A DNA stretch of 64,000 nucleotides from the IMG/VR virus record IMGVR_UViG_3300031133_000383, positions 346,635 to 410,634 of that record. One strand, given 5' to 3'. Source of the DNA: a virus. Taxonomy: Duplodnaviria; Heunggongvirae; Uroviricota; Caudoviricetes. Below are positions 20,842 to 29,932 of this stretch, piece by piece (within the stretch, counting starts at the first letter, position 1; every line of letters begins with the position of its first letter). The position numbers and the translations under genes were made by a program. The notes under the pieces are model-generated. The model was given only the letters and a program-made list of their open reading frames with translations. It was not told where the DNA came from and did not search any database.

Positions 20842-21462
20842 ATGATGATTTATAACCCCCAAGATATTTTTAAGCATTTAATCTTAAGTCAGCCTCAATT
20901 CTTTAAGACTTCTTGGGATTGTATGAAAACTATTTTTCTTAGCCAAGATGAACGTTTTGTTTTGACAGATGATTTTAAAATCTGTTTAGTAACTGATGAA
21001 CCTATTTCTGTACATATTGATCGCACATCATTGCAATTTTACAAAAAAGCAGTTCAATCTACAGCGTTTGCCAGTAATTATGGTCATAAGAACATTCATC
21101 AAAAAGCCATTATTGATCTTGAATTTCAAACATTGATTTATGATTTTATTGATGAAAGAATTGATGATATTGTCAAAATGAAACAACCTTATTGCGAAGC
21201 TTTTGAACCATCAGTAAAAGATTTGCAATTGATTTCTTCTACTTCATTGCTTTTTAAAATTGATAATCAATTAGACAGTGATTGGATTACTTATGCAACT
21301 ATTACTGCTGGAAATATTAAACATATTTTGTGGAGCAACTATGGTATTCATACTGCTCAGTCTGCCGTTACAGATCCTGCATCATGGGTTCAACATCATT
21401 ATTTTGAAACCTTTATTAAAATGAACGATATTATTAAGAAAATCACGGGGAAAGACGAATAA
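20842..21462 (+). CDS. Hypothetical protein
   Basis: ORF track; coupled to next gene (TAATG). Confidence 0.8.
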   Translation: MMIYNPQDIFKHLILSQPQFFKTSWDCMKTIFLSQDERFVLTDDFKICLVTDEPISVHIDRTSLQFYKKAVQSTAFASNYGHKNIHQKAIIDLEFQTLIYDFIDERIDDIVKMKQPYCEAFEPSVKDLQLISSTSLLFKIDNQLDSDWITYATITAGNIKHILWSNYGIHTAQSAVTDPASWVQHHYFETFIKMNDIIKKITGKDE

Positions 21463-22079
21463 TGAATAAAATTGAAAACATGATTAAATATATCATTTCA
21501 ACCTATTCGACTGCTTTTCCTACTCGTTGGTTAGTATTGCATCATATGTTTTTTGTCACAGGCAATGGCATGCATTGGTCAAAATCCGGCGAGTTAATAG
21601 GCCGTATCAGCTATGATGCGGAAAAGCCGATTGATCTCAAATTTGACCAACTTGATTCACTTGTTGTTATGCAAAAACAGCTTGCAGGAATCCAGATCCC
21701 TGATGTAAATCTGTCATTGGATGTCAAAATAGATTTTTATACAAGAATGTCGGAATTTACCCGTAAAAACATTGACACCATCAGTGCAAACAATTTTTAC
21801 TATTTCGATGAACAAAAACCATCGATTGAACAATTTGGCTGGGGTTTTTGTGGCAACCATTTATTAACAGATTTACCAAAAAACATTCAATCAGGTTATA
21901 AGTCTTTAGTTTTTGAAGCTGTTTCTATTGCTATGAATGTTTTGATAGAGAAAAGTTATAAAAATAATCAGAAAATAAATTCTTTCGATAGTGATTTTAT
22001 GCTACAATCAAACTGGATTAATACTGAACATATGGATAATTATCTCCAATTGAAATCTATTATTGAAAAGCTTATTTAG
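21462..22079 (+). CDS. Hypothetical protein
   Basis: ORF track; ends in TAG. Confidence 0.8.
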   Translation: MNKIENMIKYIISTYSTAFPTRWLVLHHMFFVTGNGMHWSKSGELIGRISYDAEKPIDLKFDQLDSLVVMQKQLAGIQIPDVNLSLDVKIDFYTRMSEFTRKNIDTISANNFYYFDEQKPSIEQFGWGFCGNHLLTDLPKNIQSGYKSLVFEAVSIAMNVLIEKSYKNNQKINSFDSDFMLQSNWINTEHMDNYLQLKSIIEKLI

Positions 22080-22092
22080 TTAGGAGAGCAAT

Positions 22093-22524
22093 ATGTCTAT
22101 TAACGCGGGTAATGCACAACTTTTCAAGCCTGTTTATAGAAATCGCAGTCATGCACGTTTGGATTTTGGTGACTTTCAAAAAGAAATCAATACTCATCTT
22201 CGCTCAATTCTGCCTTATCATCTGCAATTCAAAGTTTCATTCAGTGATCATTTTCTGGATCGCATCATGGATAGGAAAGCTGATCCTCGACATATCAAAA
22301 AAATGATATGGGATACTTTAGATAAAAAAATATGCGAAATTCTGTATTTTACAGTAGTTGAAAAACCGAATCCACGAATGACTTTTACTGATACTATTCA
22401 TTATGTAATGTCTTCATGGGTCCAACATTCGAAGACGCTGGTTTTTCGTACCTATGTCTATAACCCTAATCGATTTGAAGGCACCAGTAAAGAAAAGGAT
22501 TTTGTAATCAATCATTATCATTAA
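22093..22524 (+). CDS. Hypothetical protein (FSDHFLDRI.DR segment, possibly BECR/RelE-like fold)
   Basis: AGGAG RBS; fold guess from a short motif only. Confidence 0.6.
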   Translation: MSINAGNAQLFKPVYRNRSHARLDFGDFQKEINTHLRSILPYHLQFKVSFSDHFLDRIMDRKADPRHIKKMIWDTLDKKICEILYFTVVEKPNPRMTFTDTIHYVMSSWVQHSKTLVFRTYVYNPNRFEGTSKEKDFVINHYH

Positions 22525-22583
22525 CTTTACAAACCCTCTCTTTTTTGTTATAATATCATAAGTAAACAAAGGGGGGGATAATC

Positions 22584-23090
22584 ATGAATGACACTAAAGT
22601 AAACGATCTTAGTAATGAAATCGAAAACCTCGAAGAAAGCATCGAAAAGACGATTCGTCTTAAAGGTTTCTATCGCATGCCGATGGTTTCTGCTTATCCC
22701 CCTGCTATGAAAGTGCTTCGCGACATGGTTGAACGTGGTCTTTTGACTGAGCGTCAACATGGGCGTGAAATTTTCTTTTCAGCGACTAATAAAATTGTCA
22801 AAACTGTTGTTGTTCGCAGTATTCCAGCAGAAAAAATTCAGTCGGGCTTTACCGTTGGGCGAGCTAAAACGATTCGTGTTATTTCGCGTATCAATAATCG
22901 CTTTGCAGAAGTTGATGCTTCTAATTTTGAAATGTTGGGATTGGTATCGAAAGTTGAAACAAAAATGGTTCCAGCTAACTTTTGGGAAATGCTCACTTTT
23001 AAGAAAAATTGCCGTAAAACTGTTTTGAAGTTTTATAATAATACCACCGTCGTTGTTAATCCTGATGACGAATTGATGAAGGTACGCTAA
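22584..23090 (+). CDS. Hypothetical protein
   Basis: GGGGGA RBS, own promoter. Confidence 0.8.
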   Translation: MNDTKVNDLSNEIENLEESIEKTIRLKGFYRMPMVSAYPPAMKVLRDMVERGLLTERQHGREIFFSATNKIVKTVVVRSIPAEKIQSGFTVGRAKTIRVISRINNRFAEVDASNFEMLGLVSKVETKMVPANFWEMLTFKKNCRKTVLKFYNNTTVVVNPDDELMKVR

Positions 23091-23091
23091 T

Positions 23092-23436
23092 ATGAATGAA
23101 TTGGGTAATATCGAAATTAATCAAGAATCTTTGTGGCGTGAAGTTTGGAAATCTGAACGTATTTCTATTGACAAAAAACGTGAATACCTGCTGAATTTAA
23201 ATCACTTTAGAAAGGCAAGTGACAATGCTCGTAATTTGACATTGTTGGTTGACTCCAAAAAACCTTTGAGTTCAGAAGATATTGCTAATATTCAATTGGC
23301 CATACAACAAGAAAATGATTATATTGAATGTTTGCGTTTATCAGGCTCAGCTTTGTACATCGAATATGATAATTTGAGTTCTATAGCTGATGCCTTGCGT
23401 GTAGAATACGAAAAAAAAACTAGCTGTAAATATTAA
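23092..23436 (+). CDS. Hypothetical protein
   Basis: AAGG RBS. Confidence 0.75.
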   Translation: MNELGNIEINQESLWREVWKSERISIDKKREYLLNLNHFRKASDNARNLTLLVDSKKPLSSEDIANIQLAIQQENDYIECLRLSGSALYIEYDNLSSIADALRVEYEKKTSCKY

Positions 23437-23510
23437 TTGTACAGTTAATAGCGTGTAAAAAAGAAAAGACTATTTATTTAGTTTTTTATATTTTGTAAAA
23501 TTATTGATTA

Positions 23511-24473
23511 GTGAGTATTTTAATAATGAAAGAAGCCTTTTTTGAAAAATTTGGACAGATATTTTGTAGAGACTACGAAAATTTCAGTGTTTTTTTAAAA
23601 CAATCTAATTTTTTTAAAGAGGTAAAGTCCAAAAAGTATAACAATACAGATTTTAAATATTATGAATCAACTGAAAAATATAATGGGTTATCTTATATTC
23701 TACAATTAACAAATACACCTTTTTCTCAGCTATTATCTGTTTTTTCATGCAAATCTAATTATTTTAACAATAAAAACGACAAGTCTCCTAGTCTTAATAG
23801 GTTGTTTTCGCTTGATTTAAAAGTTTTAAACATTTATGAATTGATGGGTAAAAATCCTGATATTATGAACATTCTCGCTGACTTAGGCGATGAACCCTCT
23901 GACAATGTTCCTAATGTTTTATCAGTAGGTGATATTGACGGATTGAAACAGTTTTTTATTGATGCTCAATATGAATTGGGCATTAATAATTTTGATAAAT
24001 TAATTAAAGATTATAGTCAATACGATGAAGAATTCTTGTTCAAGCTCGATTTTATTTTTAATTTATACCATCATAAAGGCTTTACTGAAAAAATGATTCT
24101 TGGTGGCAGTTATCATTATATTAAATGTCACGTTGAAAATAAGGAGGTATTCTCTTATTCCAATGATTCAAGCGAAGATTATTTTTTTATTTTTGAAAGA
24201 GATATTGAAACAAAAAATATTCGTGTCTTCTTTGATTTCATGAGTAATATTGATAAATCTAAATTTAAATTCTCTACATGTGTGGTGGGTAATCATCCAA
24301 TGATTGTTAGACATTATTTGGAAAATGAAATTCCTTGTTTCATTTCTACTGATGGGCATACCAAAGTTATTAAAAATACTCAAACTTATCTTTTTGATGA
24401 TATTGAATACATTGCTAACAATTTGGCTCAGAAATTGAATATTAAATTGCCTAAAATCTTTAGCATTTATTGA
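23511..24473 (+). CDS. Hypothetical protein
   Basis: 320-aa ORF. Confidence 0.75.
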   Translation: MSILIMKEAFFEKFGQIFCRDYENFSVFLKQSNFFKEVKSKKYNNTDFKYYESTEKYNGLSYILQLTNTPFSQLLSVFSCKSNYFNNKNDKSPSLNRLFSLDLKVLNIYELMGKNPDIMNILADLGDEPSDNVPNVLSVGDIDGLKQFFIDAQYELGINNFDKLIKDYSQYDEEFLFKLDFIFNLYHHKGFTEKMILGGSYHYIKCHVENKEVFSYSNDSSEDYFFIFERDIETKNIRVFFDFMSNIDKSKFKFSTCVVGNHPMIVRHYLENEIPCFISTDGHTKVIKNTQTYLFDDIEYIANNLAQKLNIKLPKIFSIY

Positions 24474-24564
24474 TTATTAGAGAGTGTTCAGTATCTTTTT
24501 GTGTTTGTTTTTTGAAATTTATGGTACACTTTATTCTCAACCCATTCTTTAGAAAGGTGTTATA

Positions 24565-25200
24565 ATGGTCAAGAAAAATCATCCTCTCTTTGATTACCTA
24601 AAATCTGCTAAAATATTCACAGTCACTATGATGGTTTTTAGTTTTGCATTGCTTTACAATGCAATGAATACTCAGGTTAAAACAGATATTACATTTTCTA
24701 TTTTCATCTCTTTTTCATCTATTTGCCTTTGGGTCATGTGTATTATCACATCAAGGATACAGTCAATTCACACATTTTATCATTGGTCGAGTTTGCTGAA
24801 CTATACTCTATCATTGGCAATAGTTATTTATTATTTCATATGGTCTAAAAATTATCCAATTGCGGTTTTTGGCTTTTTTATTGCACAAGTTTATGTATTG
24901 ATATTATTGTCTCAGATCTATAATTTCTTTATTTTAAATCATCATGAATTTTCAGAATTACGCTTATTGAACAATGGCGAAAATCCTTTTAATTCACCTA
25001 TGAATGTTGCATTAAGCCTTTCAACTAAATTTTCGTTCTTTACTGCAAATGGGATTGTAAAAATTGGTTATGGTGATTTGTATTTTAACAATAAGAAATT
25101 TGATATGTATCATGTTCAACACTACTTTGAAAAAAATGGCCTTACTATCATGACAGTAACAAATGATGATTTTTTGGTTATGGAAATGCTAGACCACTGA
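24565..25200 (+). CDS. Four-TM membrane protein with C-terminal FLVMEMLDH motif
   Basis: Hydrophobic N-terminal half; AAGGT RBS. Confidence 0.8.
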   Translation: MVKKNHPLFDYLKSAKIFTVTMMVFSFALLYNAMNTQVKTDITFSIFISFSSICLWVMCIITSRIQSIHTFYHWSSLLNYTLSLAIVIYYFIWSKNYPIAVFGFFIAQVYVLILLSQIYNFFILNHHEFSELRLLNNGENPFNSPMNVALSLSTKFSFFTANGIVKIGYGDLYFNNKKFDMYHVQHYFEKNGLTIMTVTNDDFLVMEMLDH

Positions 25201-25258
25201 CCATTTACAAATTCCTTTTTTATGCTATGATTGCATTAATTAACATCGGCCAACTATC

Positions 25259-25483
25259 ATGACAACATTTTCACAAGCAGCCGTTCTTGGTGGTCATTCA
25301 ATCAAAGTCAATGATACTATTCTTATTAATCCCTCACGACATGTCACCATTGTCGGTTCTGATATTTCAATCAATCCTGACAGCGGCGAGACAGATGTCA
25401 TCTTTGTCATCAACTTTTATGATGGAGAACGCTCAGGTACTGAACGTGTACATCGAAAACATCTATCTGACTGGTTGCGTTGA
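25259..25483 (+). CDS. Hypothetical protein
   Basis: ORF track; own promoter. Confidence 0.65.
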   Translation: MTTFSQAAVLGGHSIKVNDTILINPSRHVTIVGSDISINPDSGETDVIFVINFYDGERSGTERVHRKHLSDWLR

Positions 25484-25567
25484 GCATTTTTCGGCCTTGA
25501 TATTGTTGTCAGTAGACTTTTTTTGATGTATAATAGTTGCATTAAAATTATTTTAAGGTCTTTTGAC

Positions 25568-26908
25568 ATGTCCTCCACAGTTGCATCTTTCAGTATTGTT
25601 GGCCGTAATATGACCGCTATGGCTCGAAACATGGTGTTGGATGGTGATTGGAGAAAAAGCACTAAATTCTTGATCGATGAATTTGAAGGTATGACGCATG
25701 GTTATGCTCACATGATTTTGCGTGGCACTCATGTGCTTGACGGTATCAATAATGATATTGAAATGATTGAAGAGCGTGACGATAACTATATTGAAACAAT
25801 GAACGAAATCTATTGTCACAACAGTTTTTACGAATTAGGACAGCTTTATGAATTTCAATCTTTGGTTACAAATGAAACTGTTCATGAAGACATTCGTCGT
25901 CGTCAACTTAACCATGATATTCCAGCCTATGAAGAATATGTTCGTAAATACCTATGCCCCCAACAGGCGTTAGTTTTCAATGTAACCATGGATAGTAAAA
26001 ACTTTTATACCATCATAGCAACTAAAAAAGATAACAATGATCTGCCATTATGGTTTGGAGAGGATGATTTTAGCCGTTCTGCTAAAGCATTCTTTACAAA
26101 ACATCTAAAACCTGCTCCAGTACCTGCAGTTGATAAAGGTATATTTATACAATCTGTTGATGAGCCTACCGAAAAACCTGACTGGTATAAATCCATTCGT
26201 ACTGCTCGGGCATTGCAAACAGCTTCAAATCATGGTTTTGATTCAATTGAAGGCTTTTCAAACAGCCTTCGAAAAAATGTCTTGCAAACAATTGTAGACC
26301 GTGGAGTTCAATGGAAAACGCTTCATATTAATCATGATGGAATAAATGAAACCATCCAGTATCCTTATGAATTAGCGATGGCGTATGTTTTTTCTCGGAC
26401 GGATATCCGACAATTTGCTCCGAAATGGACACCAGTTTGTCCTAGTAATATCAAACAAGATAATGATTCAAGACTGCATTCCGATATTTGGATTGCATTG
26501 GGGTTCGATTTCGATGGTCAAGAATACGACTATAGCACTAAAGAAAACTTAATTCTGTCGGCGATTGTTGATGAACTTCATAACGAAGTTTTCCCAGCCG
26601 GTGAATTTATCACTTTGAACTCGGCGGGGCTGAAAACATTTACAGGTAAAGTAGTTACTCCACAGTCAAAAAAAATTACAAAACATGATATTCTGGTTAT
26701 TCCACATGCTGGATCTGAATTTGAGATTTTTGCTCGGCAAGCGGGTCTTGTCATTTCAGAAGTAGGTGGTAAACTGGCTCACTTAGTCATTGTAGGTCGA
26801 GAAATGGGATTGCCTTTGGTTCGAGTTGATAATGCATGCGAGTTATTCAAGGAAGACGTTGTTATTTCTCTTAACTTTGATGAATGTACTTTAAAAGTAA
26901 AACGATAA
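25568..26908 (+). CDS. Protein with C-terminal PEP-utilising-enzyme mobile (His-swivel) domain
   Basis: ISEVGGKLAHLVIVGREMGLP matches T..GG..SH.AI.ARE.GIP signature. Confidence 0.8.
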   Translation: MSSTVASFSIVGRNMTAMARNMVLDGDWRKSTKFLIDEFEGMTHGYAHMILRGTHVLDGINNDIEMIEERDDNYIETMNEIYCHNSFYELGQLYEFQSLVTNETVHEDIRRRQLNHDIPAYEEYVRKYLCPQQALVFNVTMDSKNFYTIIATKKDNNDLPLWFGEDDFSRSAKAFFTKHLKPAPVPAVDKGIFIQSVDEPTEKPDWYKSIRTARALQTASNHGFDSIEGFSNSLRKNVLQTIVDRGVQWKTLHINHDGINETIQYPYELAMAYVFSRTDIRQFAPKWTPVCPSNIKQDNDSRLHSDIWIALGFDFDGQEYDYSTKENLILSAIVDELHNEVFPAGEFITLNSAGLKTFTGKVVTPQSKKITKHDILVIPHAGSEFEIFARQAGLVISEVGGKLAHLVIVGREMGLPLVRVDNACELFKEDVVISLNFDECTLKVKR

Positions 26909-27034
26909 TACGAAACATAGGTAACATACTCACGGCCATGAATCACCGGGATTTCCGGTAAAATATTCTAAATTTTTGTTTTCATTTAGGCTGTTTTGAT
27001 GTATAATCTCCTAAATCGTTAAGAGATTCTAGCC

Positions 27035-27535
27035 ATGAGCGAAAAGCCTACAAAAATCATCCCCTTCATTCCTCACTATAAACGTGGAAACAATGAAGTA
27101 GTTTTAGAAACGGAATCTGATTTTTATGACCGTCTTGGCAATAAGGCTAGGGTTACTAAAGTCGTTTATCGTGACAACAAAGGTAAATTTCACGAAGAAA
27201 CTATTCGTGTCAAATGGGAACAGCTAATTGACATCAAAAAGACGGTTCCTGAGAAAGTTCATTTGGTTCGGGCCTATATCAGTTTGATGGTGTGCAGTAA
27301 TGGCTTGTTTTTTTATACTACTTTAGCCATGAGTAATGGTGTTGTATCAACTCCAAAATGTTCAAAAGAACTCTATAAGGCTTTGTATGATGTTTTTTAT
27401 TTTGCCAATATGTTTGGTATCGAACCTGATATCTATGAACCCTCTGAGCATGTTTCTGCTGCTGAGATTGCAGCGGCTTACGAAGAAATTAGCCTTCTTG
27501 TTGAAAGCAAAAAAAATCGAAAATCTGACATGTGA
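27035..27535 (+). CDS. Hypothetical protein
   Basis: ORF track; own promoter. Confidence 0.8.
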   Translation: MSEKPTKIIPFIPHYKRGNNEVVLETESDFYDRLGNKARVTKVVYRDNKGKFHEETIRVKWEQLIDIKKTVPEKVHLVRAYISLMVCSNGLFFYTTLAMSNGVVSTPKCSKELYKALYDVFYFANMFGIEPDIYEPSEHVSAAEIAAAYEEISLLVESKKNRKSDM

Positions 27536-27921
27536 TTGATATGCTAATCTTCTTTCCTGTTCTTATTTTGGTATTGAATTGGCCTTTATATTTTATAGGT
27601 CTAATGGATATCTATACATTTCAAGATCTTTTTAAGTTTTTTAGTTATATGATGATGATAAGTATAGGTTTGAACATTTTTTATACTTTTTTGTCAATAT
27701 TTTATGTATTTAGAATTCGCAATTTGAGCAATAAATATCATATTGTTCCATGGCTAGTTTGTTTGAATAGTTTAATTGCTTTTAAATTTATAGCATATTA
27801 TGGTTATTTGAATTGGCTTCCAACTTTTTTGATTTGGTGTATGGTTACAATAACATTTTGCTTATTATCTTTTAAAATAATAGTGAAAAACCATCATAGA
27901 AAAATACAATCTTTTGATTGA
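27532..27921 (+). CDS. Membrane protein
   Basis: Four hydrophobic segments. Confidence 0.7.
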   Translation: MIDMLIFFPVLILVLNWPLYFIGLMDIYTFQDLFKFFSYMMMISIGLNIFYTFLSIFYVFRIRNLSNKYHIVPWLVCLNSLIAFKFIAYYGYLNWLPTFLIWCMVTITFCLLSFKIIVKNHHRKIQSFD

Positions 27922-27985
27922 TTTTTGTCTGTCTTCAGGCTATAATATCTCCTATTAAAATCAAATTCACAAAATAGAGGTTAAC

Positions 27986-28222
27986 ATGATTAAGTCATTA
28001 AAAGAGTATGCATCTGTTGCTCGCCTGTGGGTCATTGAATATGAAAAATCTATTTTAGAATTGGGGATCACACATACTCTTGGAGGTACGTTTACTTCAA
28101 AAGAAGATTTATATTCTGCTATTGAAAGCCAGCTTAAAACTATTTTGAACAGTAAGGAACTTGAAGAAGATATTTCTTTTGAGTCTGCTCTTTTGATTCT
28201 TAAAGGTCAGAATGTAGCATAA
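27986..28222 (+). CDS. Hypothetical protein
   Basis: GAGG RBS, terminator after. Confidence 0.75.
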   Translation: MIKSLKEYASVARLWVIEYEKSILELGITHTLGGTFTSKEDLYSAIESQLKTILNSKELEEDISFESALLILKGQNVA

Positions 28223-28505
28223 TATTTTTTACTTTAAAGCCATCTTCGGGTGGCTTTTTTGATCAAGTTAAATTGATTTCCATTATTGTTAAAAACTCGT
28301 TTAAATCAAAAATATTTCGACAGTCATTTGTATTTAAAAAAGCTACAACATCTTCTTTTCCTTATTTTTCTAAATTTACCTTAATATTTTCTCTATCTTA
28401 CTCTCTTTAGCTTTTTTATCAATAGCTTTACAATATGACATTTTTTATTTTTCTTTAAATAGTTGTTGACTGTAAACCATCATTTTGATAATATAGTCAC
28501 ATCAA

Positions 28506-28589
28506 GCCCGAGTGGTGGAATGGTAGACGCGGTGGATTCAAAATCCTCTGTCGAAAGACGTGCCGGTTCGAGTCCGGCTTCGGGCACCA
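28506..28589 (+). tRNA. tRNA-Leu(CAA)
   Basis: Cloverleaf, loop TT-CAA-AA, long variable arm, CCA. Confidence 0.95.
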
Positions 28590-28597
28590 AATTTATA

Positions 28598-28750
28598 TTT
28601 TAACTGTTGAAAAGAGATGCTGTGCTAATACCAGTGTGGCAGTAGAGGTGGTGACCTATTACTTTATTGCATGATGTTAGCAGGGTTATGAAAGTCACTA
28701 TAATAGTTAAGGGTTGGTAGTAATGCATTTTCAATCTCTCTATGCATTAT
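28598..28750 (+). ncRNA. Double-pseudoknot RNA family A, copy 1
   Basis: Homologous to 28770-28930 with compensatory stems. Confidence 0.75.
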
Positions 28751-28769
28751 GACTTTTATTGTTGGTAAG

Positions 28770-28930
28770 GTTTCAATTGTCGAAAAGAGATGCAGTGGTA
28801 ACACCCAAGCGGTGATAGAATTGGTGACCTATTATTTTATCACACGATGTTGCCATTAGTCAGGAAAGTCACTATAACAATTGAGACAGCAGTAGATGTG
28901 TTGTGTGCTTTAAATCTCTTTGTACACTGC
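28770..28930 (+). ncRNA. Double-pseudoknot RNA family A, copy 2
   Basis: Homologous to 28598-28750. Confidence 0.75.
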
Positions 28931-28976
28931 ATGCTGGACTACTGATTTGTAACGCAGGTTTTTATCCCTGCATTCT

Positions 28977-29065
28977 ATTTTGTTTAGGCTTGTAGCTCAG
29001 ATGGTAGAGCGGAGGGCAGAAACCCTCGCGTCGGAGATTCGATTTCTTCCTCGCCTAGACAAAAT
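28977..29065 (+). ncRNA. tRNA-like RNA with 6-nt anticodon loop (CAGAAA), extended acceptor stem, no CCA
   Basis: TAGCTCAGATGGTAGAGC D-arm, GAGGG/CCCTC stem, TTCGATT T-loop, TTTTGTTTAGGC/GCCTAGACAAAA closing stem. Confidence 0.7.
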
Positions 29066-29220
29066 TTTTTATTTTTAATCAATCAAAGATGACAGCTATT
29101 TGAACTCTGGATTGGTGTAATGATTTTTTTCAACAACCTTGAGCTTGATGTTTTCAAAAAAGAAATCATGGTTAAAAATCTTGACTTCTTTAGCATCTGA
29201 TGCTAATATAACCACACAAA

Positions 29221-29304
29221 GCCCGAGTGGTGAAATGGTAGACGCGGGGGACTTAAAATCCCCTTCCTTACGGAGTGCCGGTTCGAGTCCGGCCTCGGGC
29301 ACCA
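29221..29304 (+). tRNA. tRNA-Leu(TAA)
   Basis: Cloverleaf, loop CT-TAA-AA, long variable arm, CCA. Confidence 0.95.
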
Positions 29305-29312
29305 AATTTTAT

Positions 29313-29386
29313 TTCTCGTTAGTTTAACGGTAGAACAGCGGCCTCTAAAACCGTGTATGCGGGTTCGAATCCCGCACGAGGAACCA
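29313..29386 (+). tRNA. Amber tRNA (anticodon CTA)
   Basis: TTCTCGT/ACGAGGA acceptor, loop CT-CTA-AA (CTA at 29345-29347), GCGGG-TTCGAAT-CCCGC, ACCA. Confidence 0.85.
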
Positions 29387-29393
29387 GTATCAT

Positions 29394-29470
29394 GGGACTT
29401 TAGCTCAGTTGGTTAGAGCGTCCGACTCATAATCGGCAGGTCGTAGGTTCAAGTCCTACAAGTCCCACCA
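29394..29470 (+). tRNA. tRNA-CAT (probably Ile2, lysidine type)
   Basis: Cloverleaf, CT-CAT-AA, Ile-like D-arm, CCA. Confidence 0.9.
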
Positions 29471-29547
29471 AATTATCAAAAATTGTCTATATATTGTATA
29501 TTTCCTTTAATCAGGACAATTTGTTGCTACATCCTCTGAGGTGCCAA

Positions 29548-29898
29548 ATGAATTCAATTGATGTGAATAAAATAACCCCATCTTGGTATGTCAAAGATAA
29601 TATTCTTTTTTTAGATATTCATTATTGGAAACGTAACGAAACAACAGAAGGCCACTGTGGAAGCACTCTAATTTGGAGGAAGACTATCATAAATGGCAAT
29701 CTGATCGCCGCTTATAATTCCATAGTAAAATCAGCTAAAAAATATTTTGATTTACCCTACCTTAAAAAAATCAAGGTGGATAAGTCACCTGCAGTAACGC
29801 CTATTGATGAAAATCATGACTTTGATTTCTATCATCCTCTAGTAGTTTTTTTTATCGGGGTGCTTGTCGGTATGATTTTTATTAAAATGTTGAATTAA
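29548..29898 (+). CDS. Hypothetical protein with C-terminal TM
   Basis: GAGGT RBS before MNSIDV. Confidence 0.7.
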   Translation: MNSIDVNKITPSWYVKDNILFLDIHYWKRNETTEGHCGSTLIWRKTIINGNLIAAYNSIVKSAKKYFDLPYLKKIKVDKSPAVTPIDENHDFDFYHPLVVFFIGVLVGMIFIKMLN

Positions 29899-29932
29899 CT
29901 TTTTAATTTCGATACAGTATGGATATCTATTA

